Below, piece by piece: positions 25,201 through 38,119 of a stretch of DNA of 64,000 nucleotides. The DNA comes from Octopus sinensis (taxonomy: Eukaryota): positions 66,154,001 through 66,218,000 of the forward strand of contig NC_043000.1 in NCBI RefSeq assembly GCF_006345805.1, given 5' to 3'. The position numbers and the translations under genes are program-made. Every line of letters begins with the position of its first letter. Within the stretch, counting starts at the first letter, position 1. The notes beneath the pieces are model-generated. The model was not told the DNA's origin. It did no database searches and saw nothing but the letters and a program-made list of their open reading frames with translations.

Positions 25201-26789
25201 CAAGTTCAAAAGAAACCAGTTTGTTTCAGACTCAGATATGAAGATGACCATGTCAAAGTCTCAAATATGCAACCAAAATCTAGCATTGACAAAACAATTT
25301 CATCCATCCAATTAGACTAAATTTATAACAGACTTGTATACAGTGATGAGCTGCACTAGAATTGTGTACTTGCATTTTGTATAATGTGCAGTTTCATCTT
25401 AGGTCAATTTTAACTATCACATTTTTAAAAAAAAGGATAAACTGGAAAAAAAAGTGACTGTGTGGTAAGAAGCTTGCTTCCTGATTACATAGTTCTGGGC
25501 TCAGTCCCACTGTGTGGCATCTTGAGTAAGTATTTTCTACTATAGCCTCAGGCCGATCAAAGTTTTGTAAGTGGATTTGGTTCACGGAAACTGGAAGAAA
25601 CCGGTCATATATATATGCATGTATGTATGTATGTATGTATGTAAATATGACGGGGTTTGTGTGTGTCTTTGTGTCTATCCCCCATCACCACTTGACAACC
25701 AGTGTTGGTGTGTTTACATCCCTATAATGTAGTGGTTCAGCAAAAGACTTAAAAGAACCAGACTTAAAAAAACAAAAGTACTCGGGGCGATTCATTTGGC
25801 TAAAAATTTTTCAAAGAGGTGCCCCACCATGGCCACAGTCATGAAACAAGTAAAAGCTAGAAGATAACCACTGGTGTAGAGACTCTCACATTGGGCCACA
25901 AATTAAGTGTAAGGCTTCATTAAAGAAAATCTTATTAAATATTATGAAAAATTGAAAAACGTAATTACATTTATTGTTAAAAATTTAAATATTAAAGTTT
26001 AAAAAATTATAATGTTTACTAACATTTTAATGACATTTTTGAGAAGTTAAGAAATTATAAATGATTTTAAATAATTAACAATGCTGTCGTTTTGTGCAAA
26101 ATCAGTACTTCTTCCAGAAGGCCATGCTTAAAGTCCTCAACAATTACAGGTTCCACACCTTTAACTTAACCATTTAATTTCCTAAATTGGTTGTCATTAA
26201 GATTTTACACATAACCTACAATGAAATATCCTATGGCCTTTCTTCTCTTTTTATCTGAAATGTTATACTTTTAGACAGATTTTTACTTGACTGATTTATC
26301 TTTTACTTGTTTCAGTCATTAGACTATAGCCATACTGTGGCACCACCTTGAATTTTTTTTCTCTTTTCTTTAAGCCTAGTACTTATTCTATCAGTTTCTT
26401 TGCCGAACCACTAAGTTAGTGGGACGTAAACACCAGTTGTCAAGTGGTGGTAGGGGACAAACACTGACACAAAGACACACACACACACGCACACACACAT
26501 GCACATACACAACGGGCTTCTTTCAGTTTCCATCTACCAAATCCATTCACAAGACTTTTGCTGGCCTGAGGCTATAGTTGAAGACACTTGCCTAAGGTGG
26601 CATGCAGTGAAACTAAACCTGGAACCATGTGGTTAGGTAGCAAGCTTCTTATCACACAGCCATGCCTACACCTAAGTACAAGTTCAAAAGGCAAATTTTT
26701 TAGCCTACAGCTGTCTCCCAGAACATGCTTTTTTAAAAAAGAAAAATAAAGAAAAATTTGAATAACAGGAGAGTAACATAAAATAACGT

Positions 26790-27090
26790 GGAGGCACATG
26801 GCCTAGTGGTTAGAGCAGTGGACTCGCAGTTGAGGGATCACAGGTTTGAATCTCAGACGGGGTGATGTATGTGTTTATGAGCGAAACATCTAAGCTCCAT
26901 GCGGCTCCAGCAGAAGGTAATGGTGAACTTCTGCTCACTCTTTCGCCCCAGCTTTCTCTCACTCTTTCCTCCTGCATCTTGCAGCTCACCTGTGATGTAC
27001 TGGCATCCCGTCCTGGTGGGGGAACCTATACACCAAGGAAACCAGCCCTTATGAGTCAGGCGTGGCTCGAGAAGGAACAAACAACATAAA
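26790..27090 (+). mobile_element. tRNA-derived SINE, distinct family
   Basis: Head ggaggcacatggcctagtggttagagc...ggtttgaatctc with A/B-box-like motifs and an (aac)n-like tail. It shares ggtttcc/ggaaacc tail similarity with family C. Confidence 0.65.
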
Positions 27091-27161
27091 ATAACAGAAC
27101 ACATTAGTAAAATGGAATTCAAGGAAAAAGTTTAAAATGTTAAAAAGAAATATATAAATAA

Positions 27162-27275
27162 CTAGCAGTATAACCTGGGATTAAGTTACAATTATTAAGC
27201 TAATCAAGTTCTTTATTTCAAACCAAACTATGTAATATCGACATCAAATTTGGGCAAAATCCGTTGAAATTGGTC

Positions 27276-27312
<37 letters not shown>

Positions 27313-28041
27313 AATATATATGGGCAACAGACATGAACACACATACGTACATACACTTATTGCATGTTTTGTGCATGCATACATGTTCATAAACAGAAAT
27401 GAATGGAAAAAATGTTGTTAAATTTGTAGATTAATACTCACACTATTTTCACTAAGAAAAAAAATCGTTTTTTTTTTGTGTGGAATCAACTACTCTGGCA
27501 TCCTAATATGCTACAAAACCCTTTTTGTGGTCCGTGAAACGGAGTGGGGTGTGGTGGAAGCCTCGGAAATTATACCCATTTATATTGTGTAATTTCACTG
27601 ACAAATTGTTTACTCACCTCTTTGTTTCTTTGTTGTTAAATACATGGATTCTCAACAAAACACTTTTTTGCTCGGCATAAAATAAAAACAAAACTCTTTC
27701 ACACCTAAAGTAATGTGTGTGAGAGAGAGGGGGGAGAGAGATGAACGATTTAAAATAAATATATTGTAATTGTTGTGTGAGAAAGTATATATACTATGAT
27801 TATATAGTGTGTCTTTCAAAAACATCCTGAATTTGAACACTATATCTCGTGTTTAAGAAAAAAACAAACCATTTTACATTGAACATCATCACTTACTCTC
27901 TCTCTCTCACTTTGTCTTTCCCTTTTTTCTTGTTTAGACGCTGTGAAACTCTCTTCCACTTTTCTTTATCTTTGTTTTTTTTTGTTAGACACCGTTTCAA
28001 AAAGCTATGGCTGAAAATAGATTTTTATGAACATCGTCCCT

Positions 28042-28078
<37 letters not shown>

Positions 28079-28378
28079 TCTCTCACTTTTTCTTTCCCGT
28101 GAAACTCTCTGCCTCTCTTCCAATTTTCTTTATCTTTTTTTTTTGTCAGACGCCGTCAAAAAGCTATGGCTGATATTTTTTATGGCTAAAATTTATGGCT
28201 GAAAATAGAATTTTACCGCTATCCGTGGGTGCCTTGGGAAAAAAATAAGTTGACAAAACCCAGATAGGATGTTGACGAATGTCCTCCTAAAATTTGAGCG
28301 ACATGCATGCTAATTTGTGGATGTGCATAAACTACAATCACGTACACACACACACACATCTTGCCTTATATATATATA
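27162..28378 (-). mobile_element. Non-autonomous Helitron, decayed
   Basis: a|ctagcag 3' terminus at 27162, as at 4410 and 58925. The 5' region 28210-28378 matches 47460-47623 and ends in ttgccttatatata. Confidence 0.6.
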
Positions 28379-29249
28379 CTGATTAAATTTTAAAAAAAGA
28401 CTATGATTTTATTACAAATTTGCTATAACCTCTATTTATATTAAAATTGAACATAGGAGAGAAAACATTACATTGATAAGACAAATTAGAAAATTCTGGA
28501 AAAATAAGAATAAGAATAGTGGATTCACATGCTGTCTAGCTTTCACCTACAATTTAGTGCTATATATTAATTTGTAATTATAAATCTCACTTGTTTTGAA
28601 AGATAAGAATATCTCAACTGTTTTATGATCCTTACATTTAATATTGTAGTTCTTAACATAACTTGTCTTTAACTCTTTGGCATTCAGATTACTTTGTCAA
28701 ATGTAATTATTATTCATTCACATTGTTTTGAACTAATCTTGCATTACCTCAATGATGCGATTGTTTATTTTCAGGGTGACATTGTAGGAAAGGTATAAGA
28801 AGTCGGATATGGCTCATTTGAACATAAAGTAGGTAAAATATTTGGGGCAGTTTAAAGGGTTAAAATATGATATATCAACCAAATTGTAATTCTTGCATAA
28901 CTCTTTACAAGCAAATTTTAATTCTTGCATAACTTTGTTTAAGAGGTAGTTTTCAATTTTTAAAATTTTATTTTATAAGGAATGCAAGATATCAAAAATA
29001 TATTTTATTATAAAATAATTTTTTAAGAACTGCAACTCTATAAAGTAGTAAGTATATTTTACTATAAATATGTATATATTTATAAGAATAGTGAAATAAA
29101 ATGACAGGCAAATTAATTTTTGTCATATGTATGTTACCAAGAGAATTGTTTCATTATGCAATTAATATTTATAGTTAAAAATATTAAAAATTTCAGAATA
29201 ATGTGCTAATAATCAATATTTAGTTTATCAAATTTAATATCCTTAGAAA

Positions 29250-31830
29250 ATTTTAATCTGTTACCTCAATTCTTCATACTTGATTCACCAGAAGCAAAAT
29301 CTTTTCATGAAGCATGTTGGAAATGCAATGGTGCTATGGCTATAAAATCAAATGATACTGCACTGCTTGGACCTTTAGATTCATAGAATTTATGCAGTTG
29401 TTTATAAATTTTTTGCAACACCTCAAAATACTGTCATGAGTGCAAGCTTGCTTTTTTGAAAAAGAGATTCAAAGTGTATGCAGAGATTAGTTACAGGTAG
29501 AAGAAAAAATCTTGATGCTGTTATTTTCTGTAAGCTTCATTCTTCAATAGTTTCTGCTAACAACATTTATTTACAACTATTCCTGTCTGTTCAAATAAAA
29601 TTGATGCTGGCATAATACCACAAAATGTTTTTTCTGGATTACTTACTGACCCAGATGGTAAGTATTCCACTAGGTGTAACTTACCTACATACAATGAGAC
29701 TGCTGTATTGATACCTGATAACGATGAGAAAATTCATCAAGCTGGAAGCACGTTGGTAGGCAACTTTCAAGTAGAGAACAACCAGCTAAGTCTTCAAACA
29801 TTTAGTGATTCTCTTTTAGCTCATGATGGATCCATGTTTTTCTCCTGGTGGCTCAGATAGATAGCATCTTGGTATACTAAACCATAGAGGCAACAGAAAT
29901 GCGAGATGTTTTTCAATTTTATGCTTTTGGATAATGAAGAAAGCTGAATCACAGACACCTTCTATTCTAACAGATCAATATTCCAAAGTCCAGCCTACTT
30001 GCTTGCAGTATATTCAAAACAATCAACAGATCCTACAAGTGGACTTGTACAATAGTCTCTCAGATGCAATCATTGCAGGCTATGCTAATAATATTGGAAG
30101 ATGATACATTCTCCCAAACACACTTACAGGCAGTCCAAGATATACGGCAAAGCACTACTAAGATACGATGGATGTCAAAAGGAAATTTGGAAAGCCAATA
30201 TTATTTGTGACATATACCCACAATCCAAGAGAACTTAATTCAGATCTAACTGCACAAGTTTTCAAACTGATGTGCTGCAATTTCTACCAGATTTAAAATC
30301 TGGTATTTTGGGAAAAACAAATGCGCATGGTGAGTACAATTAAATTCAAGAAAAATGGCTTATTTTTTTTATAACAGAAAACAACCACAACACATAGCAA
30401 GATATTCACAAACTTGTCTCTGTTGAAACTCCTAATCCAAATAATGCATATATAGCTGGTCTTTATAGTTTGGTAAAGAAATTCATGACACACGCATCAT
30501 GTGGAGAACAGAATGTAACTTTGCTAAATGGATACTGCAGTAAGAGTTATACTCCATGAGTTCTATTCATGAATGGTAACAACCACCATCCACTGTATGT
30601 ATCATCAGCAAAATCCTACTGTGTAAGTTGAAATTAGGAACATTGAGGTAAATAACCAACATGTAGTTCTCCATAATGCTTGATTACCTCAAAGATACAA
30701 ATCTATGTCATTGTCGAAAGGAGCACATCAGTCAAAGCTGTTATATATCTGTATAAATACATATTCAAAAGAGCAAATCATTCTAAGACCTAACTAGAAA
30801 GAGAAGAATAATTTCTTCTTGATAACAGTAATGCAAATCAGCAAGATGAGATCACTAAATGCAAAAATTGCAGATACATTGGACCATCTTAATGTTGTTG
30901 GAAACTTTTCAAATTCCATATTGTGAAAAAAAAAAAATCTTTCTTTAGAATCTCCTCTGATCCACATACCTAATCAAGAAATTTTTGCCCAAACAAAGTA
31001 GCAAATTCCCTTCCACACATTCAACTGACTAAACCCACAGTTTATTTTAATAAAAACACTGAAGATCCAGAAGCAAGAAATATTCTATCAAGTTTCCCAT
31101 TCTGTTAAATTTTATATCAGCTGATCGTATATTGTCCATGATGCAACTTGTCACCATCTCCATGATGCAACTTGTCACCATCTCCATGATGCTCAGCTGT
31201 TAGTGATGGATGAATTCTCAATATGTATCAACATCTCAAAGCTTTGAATTGTGTACTCCAAGATGTAATGAACAAAGAGAAAATTCTAAGAGGGAAATTA
31301 ATAATCCTCAGAGGAAATTTTCAATGAATTCTCCCAGTAGTCCATAAAGTTCAATGATTTTTGCTAACTGAAACATGCATGGAAAAGTCTTCCATTTGGA
31401 GTCAATGCAAAATTTTACATATCCAGACAAATATGAGAGTTCTCAATTTTTTGAACAACAATTTTGCTGCATCAACTAAACCACTATGTCATTTGGTTGC
31501 TGAAACTGGGTGAAGGAAGGATTCCATAAATGTTAATATTGACATACCTTTCCCAGACACCATTGGGATTCCCTACTTCCTAACACTGAATTCCAAAGAT
31601 TTGGTTCAATTTGCTTGTGCCAATCTAGCAACACACCATAAAAATGAACAATGGATGTCTTCAAGAGCTATTCTAACAACAATACATGAGGTCATAATTA
31701 AACAATAAAATAATGAATAAATTTTCTGGAAAGATAATTACCCTAAGAAGCAAACTCAGTGATAGAAGAAAATCAAGTTATTTTTTAGAATTTTTTAATT
31801 CCCAAAATGTAAGTGGAGTACTCCTCATAT
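29250..31830 (+). pseudogene. Heavily decayed autonomous Helitron RepHel, with an internal deletion near 31.1 kb
   Basis: Ordered remnants YIQNNQ..L..DLY, IG...ILP...TGSPRY, FGKP.LF.T, DL.A.VFKL, I.F.K.GL (HUH region), SVKAV.YLYKYI.K, DEI......RYIGP, then the helicase LVMDE, GK.IIL.G.F..ILPVV, TNMRV, WLLKLGEG, RAIL, EF.NS...G..PH. Confidence 0.85.
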
Positions 31831-32270
31831 AATTGCTAGCTTTTCATTTTCTTCTAATATGTTAACAGTGTTAAGAAGAAAGAATTCTTGAACATCTTCA
31901 GATAAAGCAATTCTAAATTGTAATAGGTTTTTGATAAAAAAAAAATTTATACCAGCTGCAGAAATTATTCCAACTTTTGTCTGATGATCTTTTGAAAGAA
32001 TAAAATTCTTTAAATGCCATGTGTGCCTTTGTCTTGTCATTATGAAGATAAAGCTTATGAAGCCTATCAGTAATGAGTTAGTCTGAATTCAGTGTCTTTA
32101 CCAAAATCAGCAGTTGTTAGATTACATAAACATTTATGTATATCAAACAGTAATAAGAACACAGCAGTTCTATGCTTTGTACTTGGTAAATCTTTATATA
32201 TATACCAACCATATTCCCAAGCCTTTCTTCCATTCTGTATAATCTTCAATACAAGTCAAGATAGGTAGTT
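31825..32270 (-). pseudogene. Ty1/Copia (GalEa-like) gag N-terminal relic
   Basis: Frameshifted reading PILTCIEDYTEWKKGLGIW...DLPSTKHRTAVFL...ITDRLHKLYLHNDKTKAHMAFKEFYSFKR...LSEDVQEFFLLNTVNI...EKL. It fits the recalled GalEa gag pattern Y..WK..I.IW...T.L..K...AVFL.L. Confidence 0.65.
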
Positions 32271-32554
32271 GTTTTGTAAAATTGGCCATTGAATCCTATT
32301 GTATTACAGTAACTTGTAAATTGTATTACAGTAAAATGCTGCAATTTAAGTGATTTTTGAAATTTTTTTGAGATTTGAGATTTAAAAAAAATAAATTTCT
32401 GAACCTTTCTAAACTCCCCTACTAATGGTGTTACCCTATTGTCTTACAATGCAGCCATTGTTACAGTAAAGTGGGTGCAAGCACAGTTGATGTAGTAAAG
32501 CAAGAAATTTTAATCAAAATTGTATTCTTAGTGATAAAAAGTCATCATCTAAAC

Positions 32555-32898
32555 CAGTGTTTCTCAACCATTTTACCCTTGATTATCCTTAAAATAAATT
32601 ACATGTCTCAAGGAACATCTGCACAAAAAAAATTATATAATATACCTTTCTCCTATTTTTTTCATCATAGTTCACTTGGTAAATATCATATATATCTATA
32701 TATGGTTGTTATATTTTTTGATAACATAATAGGTTAGACAGGATGATGTTTATATTACACTAACCAATAATATGTTGTGCATATATAGTAATATTAGTCA
32801 TGAAATTAGCATTAGCTTATCTCATTCCTTCTCGGAGAATCCCTAGTAACCTTTTGTGGAACCCTAGGGTTCTGGGAAACCTTGGTTGAGAAATGCTG
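32555..32898. mobile_element. hAT (Charlie-like) MITE, 344 bp
   Basis: TIRs CAGTGTTTCTCAACC / GGTTGAGAAATGCTG. Perfect 8-bp TSD ATCTAAAC at 32547-32554 and 32899-32906. Confidence 0.9.
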
Positions 32899-34043
32899 AT
32901 CTAAACTATAGTTAAAGGTATCAAGCTGGAAGAATCATTAAAGTGCTAGACAAAATGTTTAGCTGCTTTTTTTGCAGCTCTTTATTATCTGAGTTCAAAT
33001 CCTGTCAAAGCTGACTTTACCTTTAATCCTTCCCATCAAAATGTCTGGCCTTGTGCCAAAATTAGAATTATTTAAACACTGTTTAAAAATAGCTGGGGAG
33101 ACAACCCCAAAATTTTAATTAATCAAAATTAAATATTGAATGTAATGAAGAGTGTGTCTGATCTTTAGCAGTATGATGGCAATTACCAAATTTCCATGCA
33201 GCAAGAGGCCTAGGGTATTTTTCTGGTCACTTTTCTAAGTTATCCATTTACTTGGTGAGTTCACTAATGAAAAATCTATCTCTCTAGTCATTCTATAAAA
33301 CCTTGTAGTTACAGTTAGACCAATACTTCACTGAGGAGGTCTAATAAGATTAAAACATATATTCAAAGTTGTTACCTACTGATAAAAATAACACTCACTT
33401 CTAGTATCCTATAATTAAAATTCCAGGTTTGTCTCACTAATCTTTTTTTAAAATCAAAATTAGTAATTTAAATTATGATTTACCTCCAGTAACTGACATA
33501 ACAGTATCATCATCAACTAATATAAGGACACAGATTTGTCAGAGATGTGTTATCACAGCATCTTCTCATTCATTACTTTGAAAGATTAAATTCTGAAAGC
33601 AGTTGAGAGTGTCATAATAAAATTAGTGTAGAATAGGGCCAGCTTGGATACAATTCAGTTTAGGCACTCATTGGTTAGAAATTAAATTGATCTTTATTGA
33701 GATGTACAGTCAAAGGCAATCTAACCATAATCATCCCAACAGTTTTGAAACGCAATGCACCTCAGACAACTATATACAATATGTCCCATTCTTTTTTTAA
33801 GATGAAGTCTCAAAGTAGGTGATTTGACTGTTATTTTTAGCAGATCAGGAAACTATGCAGATCCTCCATTAGTTCAGTATGAATGCATTTTCATTTTTCT
33901 AATGTGAAAGCTGTGAAACAAGTTTTTAATTTCTGAACAAATAATTATAATTTACATTTGTAAAAATTCATCATATGGCCAAACACTCCATACATAATAG
34001 GCTCTAAGTACCTCAGATGTTAACTTCATTTCCCTACCATTTG

Positions 34044-34650
34044 ATGGTAGGGAAACATGGGCCCTGAATGTGGAGGGCATGCTAAGGCTGGAGACGAGGA
34101 GCTTGTATGCTCTGCTGGATGTGTGATGTCAGTGTGATTGTGTGACAGAGTACAGTTGTATAGAGAGAAGTTGGACATAGGAGGAATTATAAGTAGTGTG
34201 CAAGGAGACTATGTTGGTCTGGTTATGTGATGTGGGTGGATGAGGACAGTTGTGTAAAGAAGTCCTGATCACTTAAAGTGGAGAGAAGTTGTAGAAGAGG
34301 AAGATCCAGGAAGACATGAGATGAAGTATTGAAGGCTGATCTCAAAATACTGAGCCTCATGAAAGAGATGGCAGAGGACTGAGAGATGTGGTGAATTGCT
34401 ATACTCAAGAAGACCCATCCACCACAATAGAATCGAGATCCTAAAATCAAGGTGCCACATAAAAAGCATTGGTGTGGGTGTTGGTGCTATATAAAAAGCA
34501 TCCAATATACTCTGTAAAGTGTTGGGCATTAGGAAGGACATACAGCCATGGAAACCAAGCCAAAACAGATTATGGAACCTGGTGCAGCCCCTGGCCTTGC
34601 CAGTTCCTGTCAAGTGGTCCAACAGACATTAAATGTTGATGACAACGATG
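34044..34650 (+). mobile_element. RTE-clade LINE 3' fragment
   Basis: G.ETW.L, RGRSRKT, and a 3' UTR ending gacattaaatgttgatgac. Confidence 0.8.
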
Positions 34651-35256
34651 AGCTGCAGACAAAAATTACAAACCTAGGATAATAGTATAGAGTTCAAAAG
34701 GCTGTAGTCAAAAATGTGTACTCAAAAATTACAGTGGGTTTTCTAAAAGATTTAGGGAGAACCAAAACAGTAAATTTATAGCAGTGATTAATCTGAGAGT
34801 GGCTGAAACCTCACAAAGGAGTGGAAAATGTCAAGGGGATACTGGGATTTACAACGGTCATGATTTTTTCTCATAAAATATTTAAACCACTTACAATACC
34901 AAAAATCTTTTGTCAGGATTAGAATATGTGTAGGACCTTGTGTTGTCAGTGGATAGAAACATAACTGGTAGTACAACACGAACCTAGAAAAATGTACATG
35001 ACAGACAGGGAAATATATGGACATATAAATAATAAACTAATGAGCAAAATCAGCTTCTGTTTGATTTAAATATTTAGGGAAGAGGACAAACTGTGTTACA
35101 ATACCTAAGTATTACTGCTTTGCAGTAATATTTAGGTAGGGGAGTACTCATGAAATGAAATTCATGAATGTTATATATGACTTCTGAGATATCTCTGAGG
35201 GAGATATTTGTGAGAAACCAATGATCATCAGACCAAAATACACACTAGCTCTTTAA

Positions 35257-35637
35257 CCCTTTTGAGACACATGGTGTTTTGGTATGTGTAGCCAAAAAGA
35301 CCGAAATTTTTTTTCTGTTGAAATTGAAATTTATGGGTAATGCATAAAACTACTTTGATAGTATGTAAAACTATACAGATTATGAAAGCTTATAAACAGT
35401 ACAATACATCTATCACAATAGGAAAACCTAAAACAACACAATACATGTAAATAAAATAATAAGCATAAATGTTTCTGTGAAAAAAAAAAATGTATTGAAA
35501 GATGATCTCTGATTGGCTATTACACTTCAAAACCAACCATTTGCAACATTCGTTTCATTGGGCCAATGGATCAGTCGCAAAATCCTTTCAGCTTGTAACA
35601 CTTGGGTGAATCAATTAGCCTGGGTGTCCCAAGAGGG
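35257..35637. mobile_element. piggyBac-type MITE, 381 bp
   Basis: TTAA on both sides (35253-35256 and 35638-35641). TIRs CCCTTTTGAGACAC and CCCTCTTGGGACAC (reverse complement), 12/14 identical. Confidence 0.8.
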
Positions 35638-35959
35638 TTAAGTGAACATTTTAGAAATGTTTGCTTCATGAACAACATAGTGTAGAGGGAAAAATTTACT
35701 TTCAAGTTAGGAGTTACTTTGACTTAGACCAACTGAGAAAATGATTTCAGAGCTAATCTATTCACCAATAAAAAAAAATGTAACACTCAAAAATTACATT
35801 GCTAAATGGAACATGGATGACTAAAAGATAGGCTCATAAAGATTTGAGTCAGCTATATCCTGGGTATTAAGAGAGCTTCTATACAAGCCAGTGAATTCTG
35901 TAACTTAAGAGTTAGTAAAAGCTTGGCTACATTAAATGTGGAATGAAATTGAGATTATG

Positions 35960-36620
35960 AGATTGTTGTCACTACCTGTACCTGTTTACAGTGGCCTTCC
36001 ACACTTTCATCAGAAATGTTTCAAAGTAGCAACACCCACTGAAAAACTCTGATTTTGTATATAAACATTTTGGTGAGCTTTTCATGCTATTCAGTACAAT
36101 GCTTTCCTTTACAGTGTATATATAATGCTTTTCTTTGGCTTGTGTTGTTTATATATGATCTGCACCAGTATTTTCCATTTAAAAAAAAAAACTATCAATA
36201 TCATTCCCTTTCAGCTACCATATATAATTCAACAAAGCTGTGGTTTTTCTCTTGTTCACATGTCTGCAAGAAGCAGTGTGGTTAGCATAACTATCAATAC
36301 TTAAAATTGCCTTCTCTCATTCCTCTGTAACGTTAATTTACTGATCCATTTGAGTTGGTAAAGGTAACTTCAGCATAGTACAATAATGTTTTGACATATC
36401 AAAGCTAGTTGAGTGAGCTAGTATTCTTACATATACATTCTCTTTCTGTTGGTCTTGAAGGTTTTTGTTTTATGACAGTCTTCATACTAGGAGCACCATG
36501 TAATTAGACAAAGATATGATTTTTCTCTTGCCAATATACCTGAAGGAAGCAGTGTGGTTGGCCTATGACTACTTGAAGCTGTCCATCACATTTCCCAAGT
36601 TACCTATACTGACTGAAACA
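35960..36620 (-). mobile_element. Penelope-like element relic: GIY-YIG endonuclease C-terminus, partly duplicated, plus 3' tail
   Basis: Remnants Y.GM.EG.FK..Y.NHTASCRH.NKRKTTAL.NYIW.LK....KWKIL...EKHYI. A second NHTASFR..KRK copy lies about 280 bp upstream. A hammerhead-like motif follows. Confidence 0.65.
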
Positions 36621-37089
36621 CATCACACTCAAGAAACTGCAGTTTCAGAGAAACTAGAGTGGACACTGGAAAAGCAGTAGTTTCTGAGATACCAGAGTAG
36701 ATACTCAAGCAATACTTTCTGAGACATTAGCAGATTTATTTTTTTTCAATTTGTGATGGATGGAAACATGGGATGAAAAAATAATGAAAATAGTGTACAA
36801 AAGACAATCCAAGGAATGCAACAGTGTGTGTTTTTAGGGATTTAGACATTAAAAATGAAAAATCTAGAGTATGAATTAAACAAAATTTACAGTTAAAAGT
36901 AAAAATATAAGAACTTAAAACAATTTAACCCTTTGTTACATGGTTCTGTTGAATTATACTACCTTCATTTCAGTTAATTTTTAAAATAATGAGGAGATAA
37001 TTGAGTTTTTTAAATGAAAAACAACCATTGGACTCAAAATGTTCAGTTCTTTACAATTTAATGTTTATGAGATACATAAACTTTATAAA

Positions 37090-37801
37090 GCATAATTTTA
37101 TTTCATTTATTTAACTGAATATCTAAAGTAAAAGTAGAAACATGTTTCTCATATTAAAATACAATATTGCTTTATTTTAGTCAGGCACACATTAATATAA
37201 ATATTGTTCAGAAGATACTGATTTATTTTCATAGAAATTACCTCTAATTATAAACATTTAAAGGTAACACACCTACACATATAAATAATTGAAGGCAATA
37301 CTACCTATACATAAAGATTCAAAGGCAACAAATCCATACATAGCTGTGAGGTTAAGAAGTTCACTTCATAACTGCAGTTTTGGGTTCAATCCTTGGGCAA
37401 GTGTCTTCAGTCATAGCTTTCATTGTGAGTGAAATTTAGCAGACAGAAAATGTATGGAAACCCATCAACACAACCCCTTGGCGCTTGAGTGTCACTCTGT
37501 TGTAAGCATTCAGGTAGATCTCCTACCTACCTTCCACTCTGGCATAAGTCATGAATATGCTAGTAGGTACTGCCTTTCTCTCTTTCTAATTTATCTACAT
37601 TCAAAAGTAACATTGCCGTTCAAACTGTAATAATTTATATATACATACATAAATATACACACACATTATGTGTGTGTGTGTATTAGTTTACATTCAAAGA
37701 TAAAAGTCAATATAGTTACATCCATTCAAAAGCAATATTGTTTGTATTCACATACATTCAAACATTCATGATAAATTAAAATATATATGGTACATGAGAT
37801 T
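37090..37801 (-). other. Putative UMAD1 3' UTR
   Basis: Follows the stop codon. Several minus-strand AATAAA hexamers (plus-strand tttatt) cluster at about 37097-37227. Contains a SINE fragment at about 37335-37465. Confidence 0.5.
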
Positions 37802-38119
37802 TCAAAAAGTTATTAGGTCTTGTTGTTCAAGGAAATTGGTAGATGAGATACTGTCATCACTCTGGTCCAAGTCTCGCAGCAAAGATTTTTCAAAACTAAA
37901 GTCATAGTGATATTTCTGTAGAGAAGTGTTTTCATGTGGAATGCTGTGAATTTCAAAGTCTAAATATTTTGAAATGATTTCTAAATGAGGTGAAAGTTTG
38001 AATGGAATACCATTTAAAGGAGATATATTACAAGGTGTATGATGTTCAAAAAAACAGTCTTTGTTTGTATTTTCAACATTGGATTTCAACATTTTGCTAG
38101 ATTCAATAGCAGTAGCATT
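37802..38119 (-). CDS. UMAD1: UMAD1 terminal coding exon containing the UMA (UBAP1-MVB12-associated) domain
   Basis: Acceptor ttttacAG|AAT, phase 0, 105 codons plus TGA. LNGIPFKLSPH...YHYDFSFEKSLL matches the UMA signature (L.DVPF.L.PH...YDF.LE.SVL). The spliced protein is 167 aa. Confidence 0.9.
   Translation of the reverse strand, partial: NATAIESSKMLKSNVENTNKDCFFEHHTPCNISPLNGIPFKLSPHLEIISKYLDFEIHSIPHENTSLQKYHYDFSFEKSLLRDLDQSDDSISSTNFLEQQDLITF

Noticed and set aside
26790-26865. tRNA gene
   Set aside because: The A/B-box-like head runs straight into a SINE body, with no convincing acceptor stem or terminator.
36000-36300. C2H2 zinc-finger gene fragment
   Set aside because: The Cys/His spacing does not fit. 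The remnants fit a Penelope GIY-YIG C-terminus better.
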